The position numbers and the translations under genes were made by a program. This document shows positions 19,750 through 30,536 of a stretch of DNA of 64,000 nt, in pieces. Source of the stretch: an uncultured Gemmatimonadales bacterium (GTDB lineage: Bacteria; Gemmatimonadota; Gemmatimonadetes; Gemmatimonadales; GWC2-71-9); contig CAWJMT010000035.1 in NCBI GenBank assembly GCA_963844035.1, positions 128,001-192,000 on the forward strand. The letters are read 5' to 3'. The notes under the pieces are model-generated. The model ran no database searches, had not been told where the DNA came from, and saw only the letters and a program-made list of their open reading frames with translations. Positions within the stretch are counted from its first letter, which is position 1. Each line of letters starts with the position of its first letter.

Positions 19750-22142
19750 TTGGCTACCCTGGCCGGCGGGCTGGTCATGCTCCTCGGAGCGGTGGTGCTG
19801 CTCGGCTGGGTGCTGGACGTTGCCGTCCTCGAAGAGCGTCGTGCCGCGATGGCCGACCATGTCGCCGCTCACCGCGTTCGCACTCGTGTTGTCCGCAGCG
19901 GCATTGTGGGGTGTCGCCGCCGCAATCCCGGACGGGGGGTCCCGACCCTCCAGACGCTTGGCTGTGGCAAGGCGTCGCGGGTACCGTGGCGGTGATCGCG
20001 TTGCTCAGGCTGAGCGACTACTTGATGGGCTGGAATCTCGGGCTCGACCGGCTCGGATTTCAGGAGCCGGGCGGCGCGGCCGGAGTGCTTTCCCCAACAC
20101 GCATGGCTCCGATGACGGCGCTCGGCTTGTTTTTCGTCGCATGTGCATTGTGCTTGACGACGAGCCCGCGTTTCAGCGCCGTGTTCCAGGTCCTCGCACT
20201 GCTGGCTGGTTTGGTTGGATGGCTGGGATTCAGCCGTTATCTGTATGGCGGTGAATCACTGCTTCCGTACCAGCGGATGGCGGCTCACACGGCAGCGGCG
20301 TTGCTCATTCTGAGCGTTGGGACTCTTTGCACGCGGACCGACGCCGGCTTGATGGCGTTGCTGACGCAGCGACTCCGGCGGAGGCGTGTTGGCCCGGCGG
20401 CTCGTGCCGGCGGTGCTGGTGGTCCCGACGCTGTTGGGCTGGCTGCAGCTCGAGGGATACAGGGCCGGCTGGTTCGGTGTCGAGGGTGGCGCTGCGCTGC
20501 TCACATTGGCCGACGTCCTCATCCTCGGCACCCTCATCTGGGGCAGCGCCAGACTGGTGCACGCGGCCCACCTCAGGGATGTCGCAACGGCACGCGCGCT
20601 GAACGAAAGCGAGACGCGCTTTCGCACCATGGCCGACGCGGCGCCGGTGATGATCTGGATGGCGGGCACCGACAAGCGCTGCACGTTCTTCAACAAGCGC
20701 TGGCTCGAGTTCACCGGCCGCAGCATGCCGCAGGAACTCGGCAACGGGTGGGCGACTGGGGTCCATCCGGACGGATCTCGGCCCGTGCCTCCAGACGTAC
20801 GGCGATGCGTTCGATGCGCGCCGGGACTTCACGATGGAGTACCGCCTGCGCCGGCACGACGGCGAGTATTGCTCGATCCTCGACATCGGCGTGCCCCGCT
20901 TCGACTCGGGCGGCGCGTTCGCCGGCTATGTCGGTTCGGTCGTTGATGTGACGGAGCTCAAGCGCGCACAGCAGCGCATGGAGCTCGTGGTGGAGGCCGC
21001 CCCCAATGCCATGGTGATGGTGAATCACGAGGGACGCATTGTGCTGCTCAACCATCAGACGGAGAGGGTGTTCGGCTACACGCGCGCAGAGCTGCTCGGC
21101 CGCTCAATCGACGTCCTGGTTCCCGACCTGCTTCGCTCCGCTCCATGTCGGCCTATCGTCAGGACTACCTCGTGGCGCCCTCCGCGCGGCCGATGGGTGC
21201 GGGCCGCGATGTCCACGGCCGGCGCAAGGACGGCAGTGACCGTTCCGATCGAGGTCGGCCTGAGCCCCATCGCGACCTCCGAGGGCACCGCCGTACTGGC
21301 CTCGATCATCGACATCACCATGCGTCGGGAAATGGAGACGCAGACGGCGCAGCATCGCGACCAGCTCGCGCATCTGTCGCGCGTGGCGATGCTGGGCGAA
21401 ATGTCCGGCTCCATCGCTCACGAGCTGAACCAGCCCCTGGCGGCGATCCTCAGCAACGCGCAGGCCGCCCTGCGATTCCTCGCCGGGGAGGCCCCGGACT
21501 TGGTCGAAGTCCGAAACATTCTGAAGGACATTGTCGAGGATGACGTGCGCGCTGGAGCAGTGATCAAGGGCCTGCGGGCGTTGCTCACGCGCGCGGAGGT
21601 GCAGTTCCGACCGGGTCGACGTGAACGAAGTCACGCTCGATGCGCTCAGGCTGATGCGACACGATCTGCAAATCCGCGGCGTCGAGGTGATCAGCGATCT
21701 TGCGGCCGACCTGCCACCGGTGGAGGGCGACCGTATCCAGCTTCAGCAGGTCCTGATCAATCTCGTGATGAACGGTTGCGAGGCGATGGATGGCACCCCG
21801 ACGGGCCGTTGCATCACCGTGCGAACCACGGCCGGGGTTGGCGGAGGAATTGAAGTGTCGGTCGCGGACCGGGGTACGGGAATCGCGCCCAAGGATCTGG
21901 AGCGGATCTTCGATCCGTTCGTGAGCAGCAAGGCCGAGGGCATGGGGTTGGGGCTGGCCGTGTGTCGCACGATCATCGGGGCGCATCATGGCCGGTTGTG
22001 GGCCACGAACAACCCCGACCGCGGCGCCACCATGCACGTTGCGTTGCCTGCCGCCGGCCCCGCTGACCGGTGGGGGAGCGGCGTGAATTGCCCTAAGGTG
22101 CAATGGCTCCAGGCCCTTGCACGCTCGAACGTTACCACGTGA
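19750..22142 (+). CDS. membrane PAS-PAS sensor histidine kinase, FixL/NodV type (multiple frameshifts, ends approximate)
   Basis: TM region, FRTMADAAPVMIW PAS, VVEAAPNAMV PAS, GSIAHELNQPL, SSKAEGMGLGL. Confidence 0.85.
22087..22104 (+). promoter_or_regulatory. 18-bp palindromic operator copy
   Basis: ATTGCCCTAAGGTGCAAT; GAACGT 22 nt downstream; GTG 22139 follows after 6 nt. Confidence 0.85.
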
Positions 22143-23572
22143 ATCCACTGCATTTGCCGAGCATCCGCCTCGTTGTGATCTGCTCGATCGGCTTGCTTGG
22201 GTTGGGCGCCAACACTGCCCTCGCTCAGGACAGCGCCGCGGTCTCGCCGCCCAGGGCCGCACCGCCCAGCATCCTCGCGCCGCCGATTGAGCCGCCAGTC
22301 GCAGCCGCCCAACGCCGCCGCGCCGCCCAAGGCCGCCGCACCGCCCAGCGCGGTCGCGCCGGCCAACCCCGCCGCGATAGGCAACGCCGCCTGCGCCAGC
22401 CGGAGCAGCGCCGCGCCGCGCCGGCCAGCACCGCCGCGCCGGCGACGTCGACGCTCACGCCGGACCAGCTCGACGCGCTGGTCGCTCCGATCGCCCTGTA
22501 CCCCGACGACCTGCTGGCGCAGACCCTCGTGGCGTCCACCTACCCGCTCGAGATCGTCCAGCTGCAGCAGTGGCTCATCAAGAATCCGAAACTGAAAGAC
22601 AAGGCCCTGGTGGATTCGGTCGCCAAGCAGCCGTGGGACCCCGCCATCCAGTCGATGGCCGCGGTGCCCGAGGTGGTGAAGCGGCTCGCCGACGACATCC
22701 AGTGGTCCACCGATCTCGGGAACGCCTTCCTCGCCCAGCAAGCCGACGTCATGGATGCCTGCCAGCGGATGCGGAAAAAGGCCCAAGGCGAACGACGCCC
22801 TCAAGTCCAATGAGCAGCAGAAGGTCGAAACGAAGGTCGTCGAAAAAGACACCGTGATCATCGTGCAGCAGAAGAATCCGGAAGTCATCTACGTGCCGAC
22901 GTACAGTCCGACGGTTGTCTACGGCCCGCCGGTCTATCCGTATCCGCCGATCTACTATCCCCCGTATCCGCCGGGGGCCGCGTTGGTGACGTTCAGCGTC
23001 GGCGTCATGTGGGGTGCGGCCATGTGGGGTGGCTCCTGCTGCCACGCAGGGTGGGGCGGGGGAAATACCGTCGTCATCAACAACAACAACAATTTCAACC
23101 AGATCAATCACAACAACCGGGGCCAGGGCCAGGGGAACCGGGGCCAGGGCCAAGGGAACCGGGGCCAGGGCGGCAACAACTGGCAGCACAGCCCGGAGCA
23201 TCGTGGGGGGGCCCCCTACGGTGACAAGGGAACGGCCAACAAGTACGGCGGGTCGTCGCGGGGGTCCAGCAAGCCCGGGGCGTCCCAGCAGCCGGCACGC
23301 GGCGGGCAATCGGGGCGCGGCGGTGCCAGCCCGAGCACCCAGCCCTCGCGCGGCGGGGCGGGGGCGGGGAGCGGGGCGGGGCGGGGGCGAAACCGAGCAC
23401 CGCGAACCGAGGCGGCGGCGGCAGTGTCCCCAAGACGTCGAACGCCATGGGTGGCGGCTCCCGGGGGTACAGCGGCAGCGGCGCCCGCGCCAGCAGCTCG
23501 CGCGGCTCATACAGCAGGGGAGGCATGGGGGGCGGCGGCGGGCGCGGCGGCGGCGGTGGACGTCGCAGATGA
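22139..23572 (+). CDS. DUF3300-domain exported protein with low-complexity tail (frameshifts)
   Basis: LDALVAPIALYPDDLLAQTLVASTYPLEIV, LGNAFLAQQADVM, IYVPTYSP, WQHSPEHRGGAPY. Confidence 0.9.
23115..23171 (+). repeat. 21-nt coding tandem repeat (NRGQGQG, ~2.7 copies)
   Basis: AACCGGGGCCAGGGCCARGGG at 23115, 23136, partial at 23157. Confidence 0.85.
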
Positions 23573-24580
23573 GCGCCTTCAACCGCTTTTCCATCGCAGT
23601 CGCGTTCGCGGCGCTGCTTGCGCCGGCGGTGGCGCGTGCCCAGGGCGCCGCGGCACCGCGGCCCCAAAGCCGGCCACGACCCCAAAGCCAGCCCGCGACC
23701 GCGAAGCAAGCCGCGGCTCCAAAGCCGCCCGCCGCCCCACCGCAATGGACGTTTCCCACCCCCGAGGCCGCGGCGTGGGCGCTCATTCGCGCTGCAGAAG
23801 AGTACGATGTCGAGACGCTGAAGCAGATCCTCGGGCCGCAGGGCATGGATCTCGTGGCCACCACGGATCAGGTGCAAGACCGGATACACGACTCCACCTT
23901 CGCCGCGCTCGCGCGACAGCAGGCTCGTATCGTTCGCGATCCGGCGAAGAAGCGCGCGACGCTGAACGTCGGTCCCGACGACTGGCCGATGCCGATCCCG
24001 ATCGTCGAGAAGAACGGCCAGTGGCGGTTTGACACGGTGGCCGGACGGGAGGAAGTACTGAACCGTCGCATCGGGGAGAACGAGCTCGACGCCATCGACG
24101 CGTGCCGTGGGTTCGTTGACGCCCAGGGGGAGTACGCCTCCGAAAAGCACGGCGGCGCGAGCGTGAATCAGTACGCGCAGCGCATCATCAGTACGCCGGG
24201 AAAGCAGGACGGGTTGGCGTGGAAAGACGCGGACGGCACCTGGCAAGGTCCGCTGGGCGAAGAGCTCGCCCAGGCCATCGCCGAGGGCTACACCGATAAG
24301 TCCCAACCGTACCACGGCTACTACTACAAAGTGCTGAAGGGGCAGGGCCCGGCCGCGCCGATGGGCCAGATGGATTTCGTCGTGCAGGGGTTGATGATCG
24401 GTGGCTTCGCGCTCGTCGCCGCGCCTGCGGACTACGCGGTCTCCGGTGTGAAGACGTTCATCGTGAGCCACCAAGGCGTCGTGTACGAGAAGGATCTTGG
24501 CCCCACCACGCTCGACCAGTTTCGCGCGATGGCAGCGCTACAATCCGGACGCGACGTGGAGGCCGGTGCAGGAGCCCTGA
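23569..24580 (+). CDS. DUF2950-domain exported protein (frameshift ~24535)
   Basis: FPTPEAAA, DWPMPIPIV, RRIGENEL, YHGYYYKVL, GVKTFIVSHQGVVYEKDLG. Confidence 0.9.
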
Positions 24581-24669
24581 GGGGCGCGCGAGCGGGTATC
24601 CCTGGCCATCTCCTGGGCACTTCGGGCGACCCGATTGAACACGATCGCCGACTCTCGAGGGAGGCTGTC

Positions 24670-27060
24670 GTGAATCGTGCCATGACCGCGTCACTCGCTT
24701 GACGGGGCGGTTGCCCTCATTCTCGGCACGGCCCTCAGCGGCGTGCGGTAAAGGGGCGCCGCTCCAGCAGTCCACCGAGTCAGGCGCGATCGACCGTACC
24801 GTCCTGCCGATTCACGAGCCGACGCCCGGTCTGATCACCGAGCTCGACGCGCGCAACGCGAAAGCCCGCCGCGTTTCGAGGTAACGGCGCCCAAGGGTGC
24901 GCCGAACGTGGTGATCGTGCTGATCGACGACATCGGCTTCGGCCACAGCAGCGCGTTCGGCGGGCCGATCCACATGCCCACGCTCGAGAAGCTCGCGGCA
25001 GTGGGTTGCGGTACAACCGCTTCCACACCACGGCGCTGTGCAGCCCGACGCGGGTGGCGCTCGCTGACCGGCCACAACCACCACGCGAACAATGCCGGCG
25101 CGATCATGGAGGTGGCGACGGCGTTCCCGGGCAACACCGGCGTGCGCCCGAGCACGATTACGCCGCTGGCCGAGATCCTCCGCCAGAACGGCTACAGCAC
25201 CGCGGCATTCGGGAAGTACCACGAGACGGCGCCCTGGGAAGTCTCCGTGTCCGGCCCGTTCGATCGCTGGCCGACCCGCTCCGGGTTCGACAAGTTCTAC
25301 GGCTTCATCGGCGGGGAGACCAACCAGTGGGCGCCGGCCATCTACGATGGCACGATGCGCATCGAGCCGCCGCACAGGCCAGGCTACCACTTCACCACGG
25401 ACATGACCGATCAGGCGATCAAGTGGGTGAGCGCGCAGCAGGCGCTCACGCCCGACAAGCCGTTCTACATGTACTTCGCCACCGGCGCCACGCACGCGCC
25501 GCACCACGTGCCCAAGGAGTGGATCGCGAAGTACAAGGGGCAGTTCGCGGGCGGCTGGGACAAGCTGCGGGAGGAGACCTTCGCGCGGCAGAAGAAGCTG
25601 GGCGTGATTCCCGCCGACACCAAGCTGACGCCGCGGCCCAAGGAAATTCCCGCCTGGGACGACATGAGCGCCGGCGCAGAAGCGGCTGTTCGAGCGCCAG
25701 ATGGAGACCTTCGCCGGCTTCGCCGAGCACACCGACCATGAAGTGGGCCGGCTGGTCGAGCAGCTGGAAGCGATCGGCGAGCTCGACAACACGGTCGTTC
25801 TTCTACATCGTGGGCGACAACGGCTCAAGCGCCGAAGGCGGACCGGAGGGCACCTACAACGAGATGATGGCGCTCAACGGCATCGTGGGCAAGGCCGACC
25901 AGATGATGGGCCACATCGACGACTGGGGCGGCCCCACCACGTTCCCGCACTTCGCCATCGGCTGGGCCTGGGCGGGCAACACGCCGTTCCAGTGGACCAA
26001 GCAGGTGGCCAGCCACTTCGGCGGCACGCGCAACGGCATGGTGCTGCACTGGCCGAACGGGATCAAGGCCAAGGGCGAGATCCGCTCGCAGTTCCACCAC
26101 GTGATCGACGTGGCGCCGACGGTGCTGGAGGCGGCGAAGCTGCCCGAACCCAAGATGGTGAACGGCATCGCGCAGCGGCCGATGGACGGCGTGTCGATGC
26201 TCTACACCGTCGACGATGCCAAGGCCAAGGACCGCCGCACGACGCAGTACTTCGAGATGTTCGGCAACCGCGGCATCTACCACGACGGCTGGGTCGCCTG
26301 CACGCGGCACTCGATCCCCTGGCTGATGGCGCAGAACCCGCCCATTGAAGCGACGACGTCTGGGAGCTGTACAACGTCGACCAGGACTTCAGCGAAGCGG
26401 ACAACCTGGCCGCCAGCACAGCCCGAGAAGCTGAAGGAGCTGCAGGCGCTGTTCATGAAGGAAGCGATCAGGAACCACGTGCTGCCGATCGACGACCGGC
26501 GCGCCGAGCGCTTCAACCCGGCCATCGCCGGCCGGCCGGACCTGATGGGCGGGCGCAAGTCGCTCACGGTGTACGACGGCATGACCGGCATGATGGAGAA
26601 CGCCTTCATCAACGTGAAGGGCGTGCACGCACACCATCACCGCCGAGGTCGAGGTGAAGGACGCGAACGCCGGCGGCGTGATCATCGCGCAGGCCGGGCT
26701 ACTTCGGCGGCTGGACCTTGTACATGAAGGACGGCAAGGTGCACCACGAGTACAACTGGTTCGCCATCGAGCGCACCAACATCGCCGCGCCCTCCGCCCT
26801 CGCGCCGGGAAAGCACACCGATCGTCTACGAGTTCATCCCCGACGAAGCCAAGCCGGGGACGGGCGGCAAGTCCGTCATCACCATCGATGGAAAGCAGGC
26901 CGTCGAGGGACATATCCCCAAGACCCAGCCCTTCATGTTCTCCGCGGATGAAGGCACGGACGTGGGCGAGGACGGCGAGACCAACGTGTCGCCGGACTAC
27001 AAGCCGGGGGACAACAAGTTCACCGGGCACATCGCCAGGGTGACGATCGAGGTGAAGTAG
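24670..27060 (+). CDS. arylsulfatase, Cys-type, with C-terminal extension (multiple frameshifts)
   Basis: PNVVIVLIDDIGFG, FHTTALCSPTR (CxPxR), GKYH, HAPHH, GDNG, QYFEMFGNRGIY. Confidence 0.9.
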
Positions 27061-27078
27061 CAATCCTGGACGCGGGTG

Positions 27079-27096
27079 CATGCCCTAAGGTGCAAT
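27079..27096 (+). promoter_or_regulatory. 18-bp palindromic operator copy
   Basis: CATGCCCTAAGGTGCAAT; TTAATCGT 21-28 nt downstream. Confidence 0.8.
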
Positions 27097-27187
27097 ATCT
27101 CCTCGCCCGTGCGACGATTAATCGTTTACCCTGTGGACCCGATCGATCCGATCGAGGTCCCACGCTGACACTCGAAGGGAGGTTTCC

Positions 27188-27760
27188 GTGAATCGTGTCT
27201 TGCTTGCGATCCCGGCGCTGCTCGCGCTCGGATGCGCTGCAGCCCCGAACATCCAGACCAACCGCGACCCGCTGGTGCCGCTGCCGAAGGAGGCCACGTG
27301 GGCCTGGGGTAAGCGCGATACGGTCAGTCACTACGAGCTGGACGTGCAGGCCCAAAACCCGATCCTGCACCAGCGGGTGCAGACCGCGATCGAGCGCTCG
27401 CTTGCGAAGAAGGGTTTCAAGCAGGTGAGCAACCCCGACGACGCGGTGCTGGTCGTGACCTATCACATCGGCATGAAGCGCTCCACCCAATTGGAGACGA
27501 GCACCGTCGCCATGGGCGGCACCTACGGCGGGTGGTACGGCGGCTATGGCTGGGGTTACTACGGCGCCCCGACGTACGTCTCGAGCACCACCACCCCGGT
27601 GGACTACACGCAGGGCGGAGTGCTCGTGTACATCCGCGATCGGGCAAGCGGCAAGGTGGCGTGGTCGGGTCTCTACACGAAGGACGTGCACGACACGGAC
27701 CAGGTCACCGCCGAGACCGTGCAGCGCGGTGCGGACGAGCTGTTCCGGGATCTGAAGTAG
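27188..27760 (+). CDS. DUF4136 lipoprotein
   Basis: LALGC lipobox; AIERSLAKKGF, YGGWYGGYGWG, YTQGGVLVYIRD...VAWSG. Confidence 0.85.
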   Translation: MNRVLLAIPALLALGCAAAPNIQTNRDPLVPLPKEATWAWGKRDTVSHYELDVQAQNPILHQRVQTAIERSLAKKGFKQVSNPDDAVLVVTYHIGMKRSTQLETSTVAMGGTYGGWYGGYGWGYYGAPTYVSSTTTPVDYTQGGVLVYIRDRASGKVAWSGLYTKDVHDTDQVTAETVQRGADELFRDLK

Positions 27761-27809
27761 GGGAGTGAAGGGCGCGGCACGCGACGACCGGCAGCGCGCC
27801 CGCCCGAGC

Positions 27810-28589
27810 ATGAATTACTGGATCGCCGCCGGCCCGGTTGCGGCCGCCCTGTTGGTGGGCATGCTCGTCTGTCTGGAAGTCGGGCGCCGCCTGGGCATCC
27901 GCGACCGCAAGCGGAATCCGGCGGGGGCGGACTCGGGGCTCGGGACGGTGGAGGGGGCCGTCTTCGGTCTGTACGCCCTGTTGCTGGCGTTTACGTTCTC
28001 CGGCGCCACGTCGCGCTTCGACGCGCGGCGCCAGCTCATCGCGGTGGAAGCGAACGCGATCGGCACCGCCTACCTGCGTCTCGATCTCTTGCCGACCGAA
28101 GCCCAGCCCCCCCTGCGAGAACGGTTCCGCCACTACGTGGACACGCGCGTGGACCTGACGCGAGGGGACCGGGACATTGCGGGCGTCCAGGCGGTTCTCG
28201 CGTACACCGCCGAGCTGCAGTCCGACATCTGGGCCCGGGCCGTGGCGGCCACGCGGTTGCCGGGGGCGCATCCCGACGCGGGCAAGCTGCTGCTCCCGGC
28301 CCTGAACGACATGATCGACATCGTGACCACCCGCGTCATGGCCACGAGAAGCCATCCTCCGCTGGTCATCTTCGCACTCATGTTCGTTCTGGCGCTCCTG
28401 TGCGCCATGCTCGCGGGTTACGGCATGGCGCCGAGCGAGCACCGCCGCTGGGCGCACATCACCGGATTCGCAGTCATCACGGTGGTTTCCGTGTACCTCG
28501 TGCTGGAAATCGAGTACCCGCGCAGGGGCTTCATCCGGCTGGATGCGTACGACCAGGTGCTCGTGGAGTTGCGGCAGAGTATGAAGTGA
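27810..28589 (+). CDS. DUF4239/bestrophin-like membrane protein
   Basis: LLLAFTFS..RFDARR..EANAIGTAYLR, LEIEYPRRGFIR. Confidence 0.75.
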   Translation: MNYWIAAGPVAAALLVGMLVCLEVGRRLGIRDRKRNPAGADSGLGTVEGAVFGLYALLLAFTFSGATSRFDARRQLIAVEANAIGTAYLRLDLLPTEAQPPLRERFRHYVDTRVDLTRGDRDIAGVQAVLAYTAELQSDIWARAVAATRLPGAHPDAGKLLLPALNDMIDIVTTRVMATRSHPPLVIFALMFVLALLCAMLAGYGMAPSEHRRWAHITGFAVITVVSVYLVLEIEYPRRGFIRLDAYDQVLVELRQSMK

Positions 28590-28610
28590 GGGTGTTCGGG
28601 CTTCGGGGCC

Positions 28611-30323
28611 TCAGCCGCTCAGGGTAATGACCAGCACGGTCCCCCACAGCGCCAGCAGAACATTCCCCACCGCGTAGCTCACGCCGTAGCCGAGGGTCGG
28701 GACCTTGCTCCCGGCCTTGTCCTGGACCGCGGCCAATCCCGCCGGCGAGGTACCGGCTCCGGCGCAGATGCCGAGGAGCACGCCGGGGTGGAGGTGGAGG
28801 AGGTACCGTCCGGTCAGGATCGTCACCACGTTCGGGATCAGGCAGACCAGGACGCCGGCGATGATGAGCGGAAAGCCGGAGGTGACCAGGCCCGTGACGA
28901 ATCCGGGGCCAGCGTTGATGCCGACGACCGCCAGGAAGCCCGCCAGCCCGATGGAATCGAACAGGCGGAGCACTGCCTCCGGGATCCGTGCCACCGCGGG
29001 GCGAACGGAGTGGAGCCAGCCGGCGAGGAGTCCGCCGAGGAGGACGCCGACGGGCATGCTGAGGCCGATGTCGAGCCCGGCCAGGTGGACGCTCGCCAGC
29101 CCCACCAGCCCGCCCAGCGCGATCGCCATCGCGAGGGCCAGGATGTCGCTCGTGGTGGCCGGGGAGAGCGTGTGGCCGACAAGCGCCGCCACCCTCGAGG
29201 CCTGTCCTGCCGGACCGGCGAGCGTGACCACGTCGCCACGCTCCACCACTGTGCCAGGCCCGACGGGAAGCGAGTGGCCTCCCCGGCGGATTTGCCGGAC
29301 GAACACGCCCCGGCCGCGGCCGTCCCGGAAGTCGGTTACCGCGAGATCCCCGAGCGTTCGCCCCACCAGCGACTTCGCGCGGATCACCACGTCGACCGTC
29401 GCGGCCGGGATGTTCAGCAACTCGGGGTCATCGATCTCTGTGCCGGCCAGGGGATTGGCGGGGTCGACATGCGTCGAGAGCCGGCCCGAGAGCGCTACGA
29501 CGTGGCCCGCGCGAACCACCGTCGAGGGAGCCGGGTCGACGATCCCTTCCGGCGTCCGGAGCCGCTCGGCGAAGACGCGGGCGGGTGCGAACGATTGCTC
29601 GACCTGGGCCACCGTCCACCCGTCGAGGCGGCCAGGCACGCCGTACGCGCGCACCACGACGCCCTGATATCCGGAGCTGACGCCGGCGTCGTCGTTCCCC
29701 ACCCCCAACTCCGCCTCGAGTTTCCTGCACTCGGCGGCGAGGTCCGCGCGCATCAGCCACGGGCCCACGTGGGTGAGCGTGAAGATCTCCGTCAGCAGCC
29801 CGACCAGGTAGGTGACCGCGAAGGCCACCGTGAGGCTGGTCGCGAGGACCTGCCTCGATGCGGGGGCCGCCGGCAGGCTGGCGATGGCGTCGCCGGCCGT
29901 GCCGATCGCCGCCGAGGCGTTCATCCCGCCGGCCAGGAGACCGGCGCCGGCGCCGGCGTCGAACCCGAAGACCTTCGACAGCGCCAGCGCACTCGCGAGT
30001 ACCGTTCCGCAGAGCAGGATGGCAAGCCCCACCTGGGGCAGGGCGCTCCGTCCCAGCCCACGGAAGAACTGCGGCCCGGTCTGGTACCCGATGGAGTAGA
30101 GGAAGAGGACGAAGAACACCCACTGGAGCGAGGCGGGCACCTCGATCCTCAACTGCCCGATGGCCACACCGGCGGCCAGCACGGCGAGGACCGGGTTGAG
30201 CTGGATCGGGCCCAGGCGTATGCGGGCCAGGCCGTACCCGAGGGCCAGCGTGAGGAAAACCGCAATCTCCGGGTGTGCACGGAGAGACTCGACCGGCCAG
30301 GGCATACTGTGACTCGTCTCCAT
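28611..30323 (-). CDS. aspT: AspT/YidE-family (aspartate:alanine exchanger) transporter
   Basis: FLYSIGYQTGPQFF, two TrkA-C-like domains, VVGINAGPGF, GAGTSPAGL, PTLGYGVSYAVGNVLL. Confidence 0.8.
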   Translation of the reverse strand: METSHSMPWPVESLRAHPEIAVFLTLALGYGLARIRLGPIQLNPVLAVLAAGVAIGQLRIEVPASLQWVFFVLFLYSIGYQTGPQFFRGLGRSALPQVGLAILLCGTVLASALALSKVFGFDAGAGAGLLAGGMNASAAIGTAGDAIASLPAAPASRQVLATSLTVAFAVTYLVGLLTEIFTLTHVGPWLMRADLAAECRKLEAELGVGNDDAGVSSGYQGVVVRAYGVPGRLDGWTVAQVEQSFAPARVFAERLRTPEGIVDPAPSTVVRAGHVVALSGRLSTHVDPANPLAGTEIDDPELLNIPAATVDVVIRAKSLVGRTLGDLAVTDFRDGRGRGVFVRQIRRGGHSLPVGPGTVVERGDVVTLAGPAGQASRVAALVGHTLSPATTSDILALAMAIALGGLVGLASVHLAGLDIGLSMPVGVLLGGLLAGWLHSVRPAVARIPEAVLRLFDSIGLAGFLAVVGINAGPGFVTGLVTSGFPLIIAGVLVCLIPNVVTILTGRYLLHLHPGVLLGICAGAGTSPAGLAAVQDKAGSKVPTLGYGVSYAVGNVLLALWGTVLVITLSG

Positions 30324-30422
30324 TTCTCGTCCGAATCCGGGCAGGCACCAGCCGATGCGAACTCACCAACTACATCCAGGAGGCACGGACGTCAAGGACG
30401 ACGTGCGAAGGAACGGGGGTTC

Positions 30423-30440
30423 GTTGGCACAAGGTGCAAT
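30423..30440 (+). promoter_or_regulatory. 18-bp palindromic operator copy (divergent aspT / sulfatase)
   Basis: GTTGGCACAAGGTGCAAT; GAAGCTT begins 21 nt downstream. Confidence 0.8.
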
Positions 30441-30536
30441 GGTTCCTCACCAGTGCGGGGTGAAGCTTGTCTGCATTGACCGGAGTGACCGCAGCACCTG
30501 GTAGGCCCTCCGAGTACCCCACAAACGGAGCACCCA

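Noticed and set aside
30475..30492. Half-site ATTGACC in the sulfatase leader
   Set aside because: No second arm.
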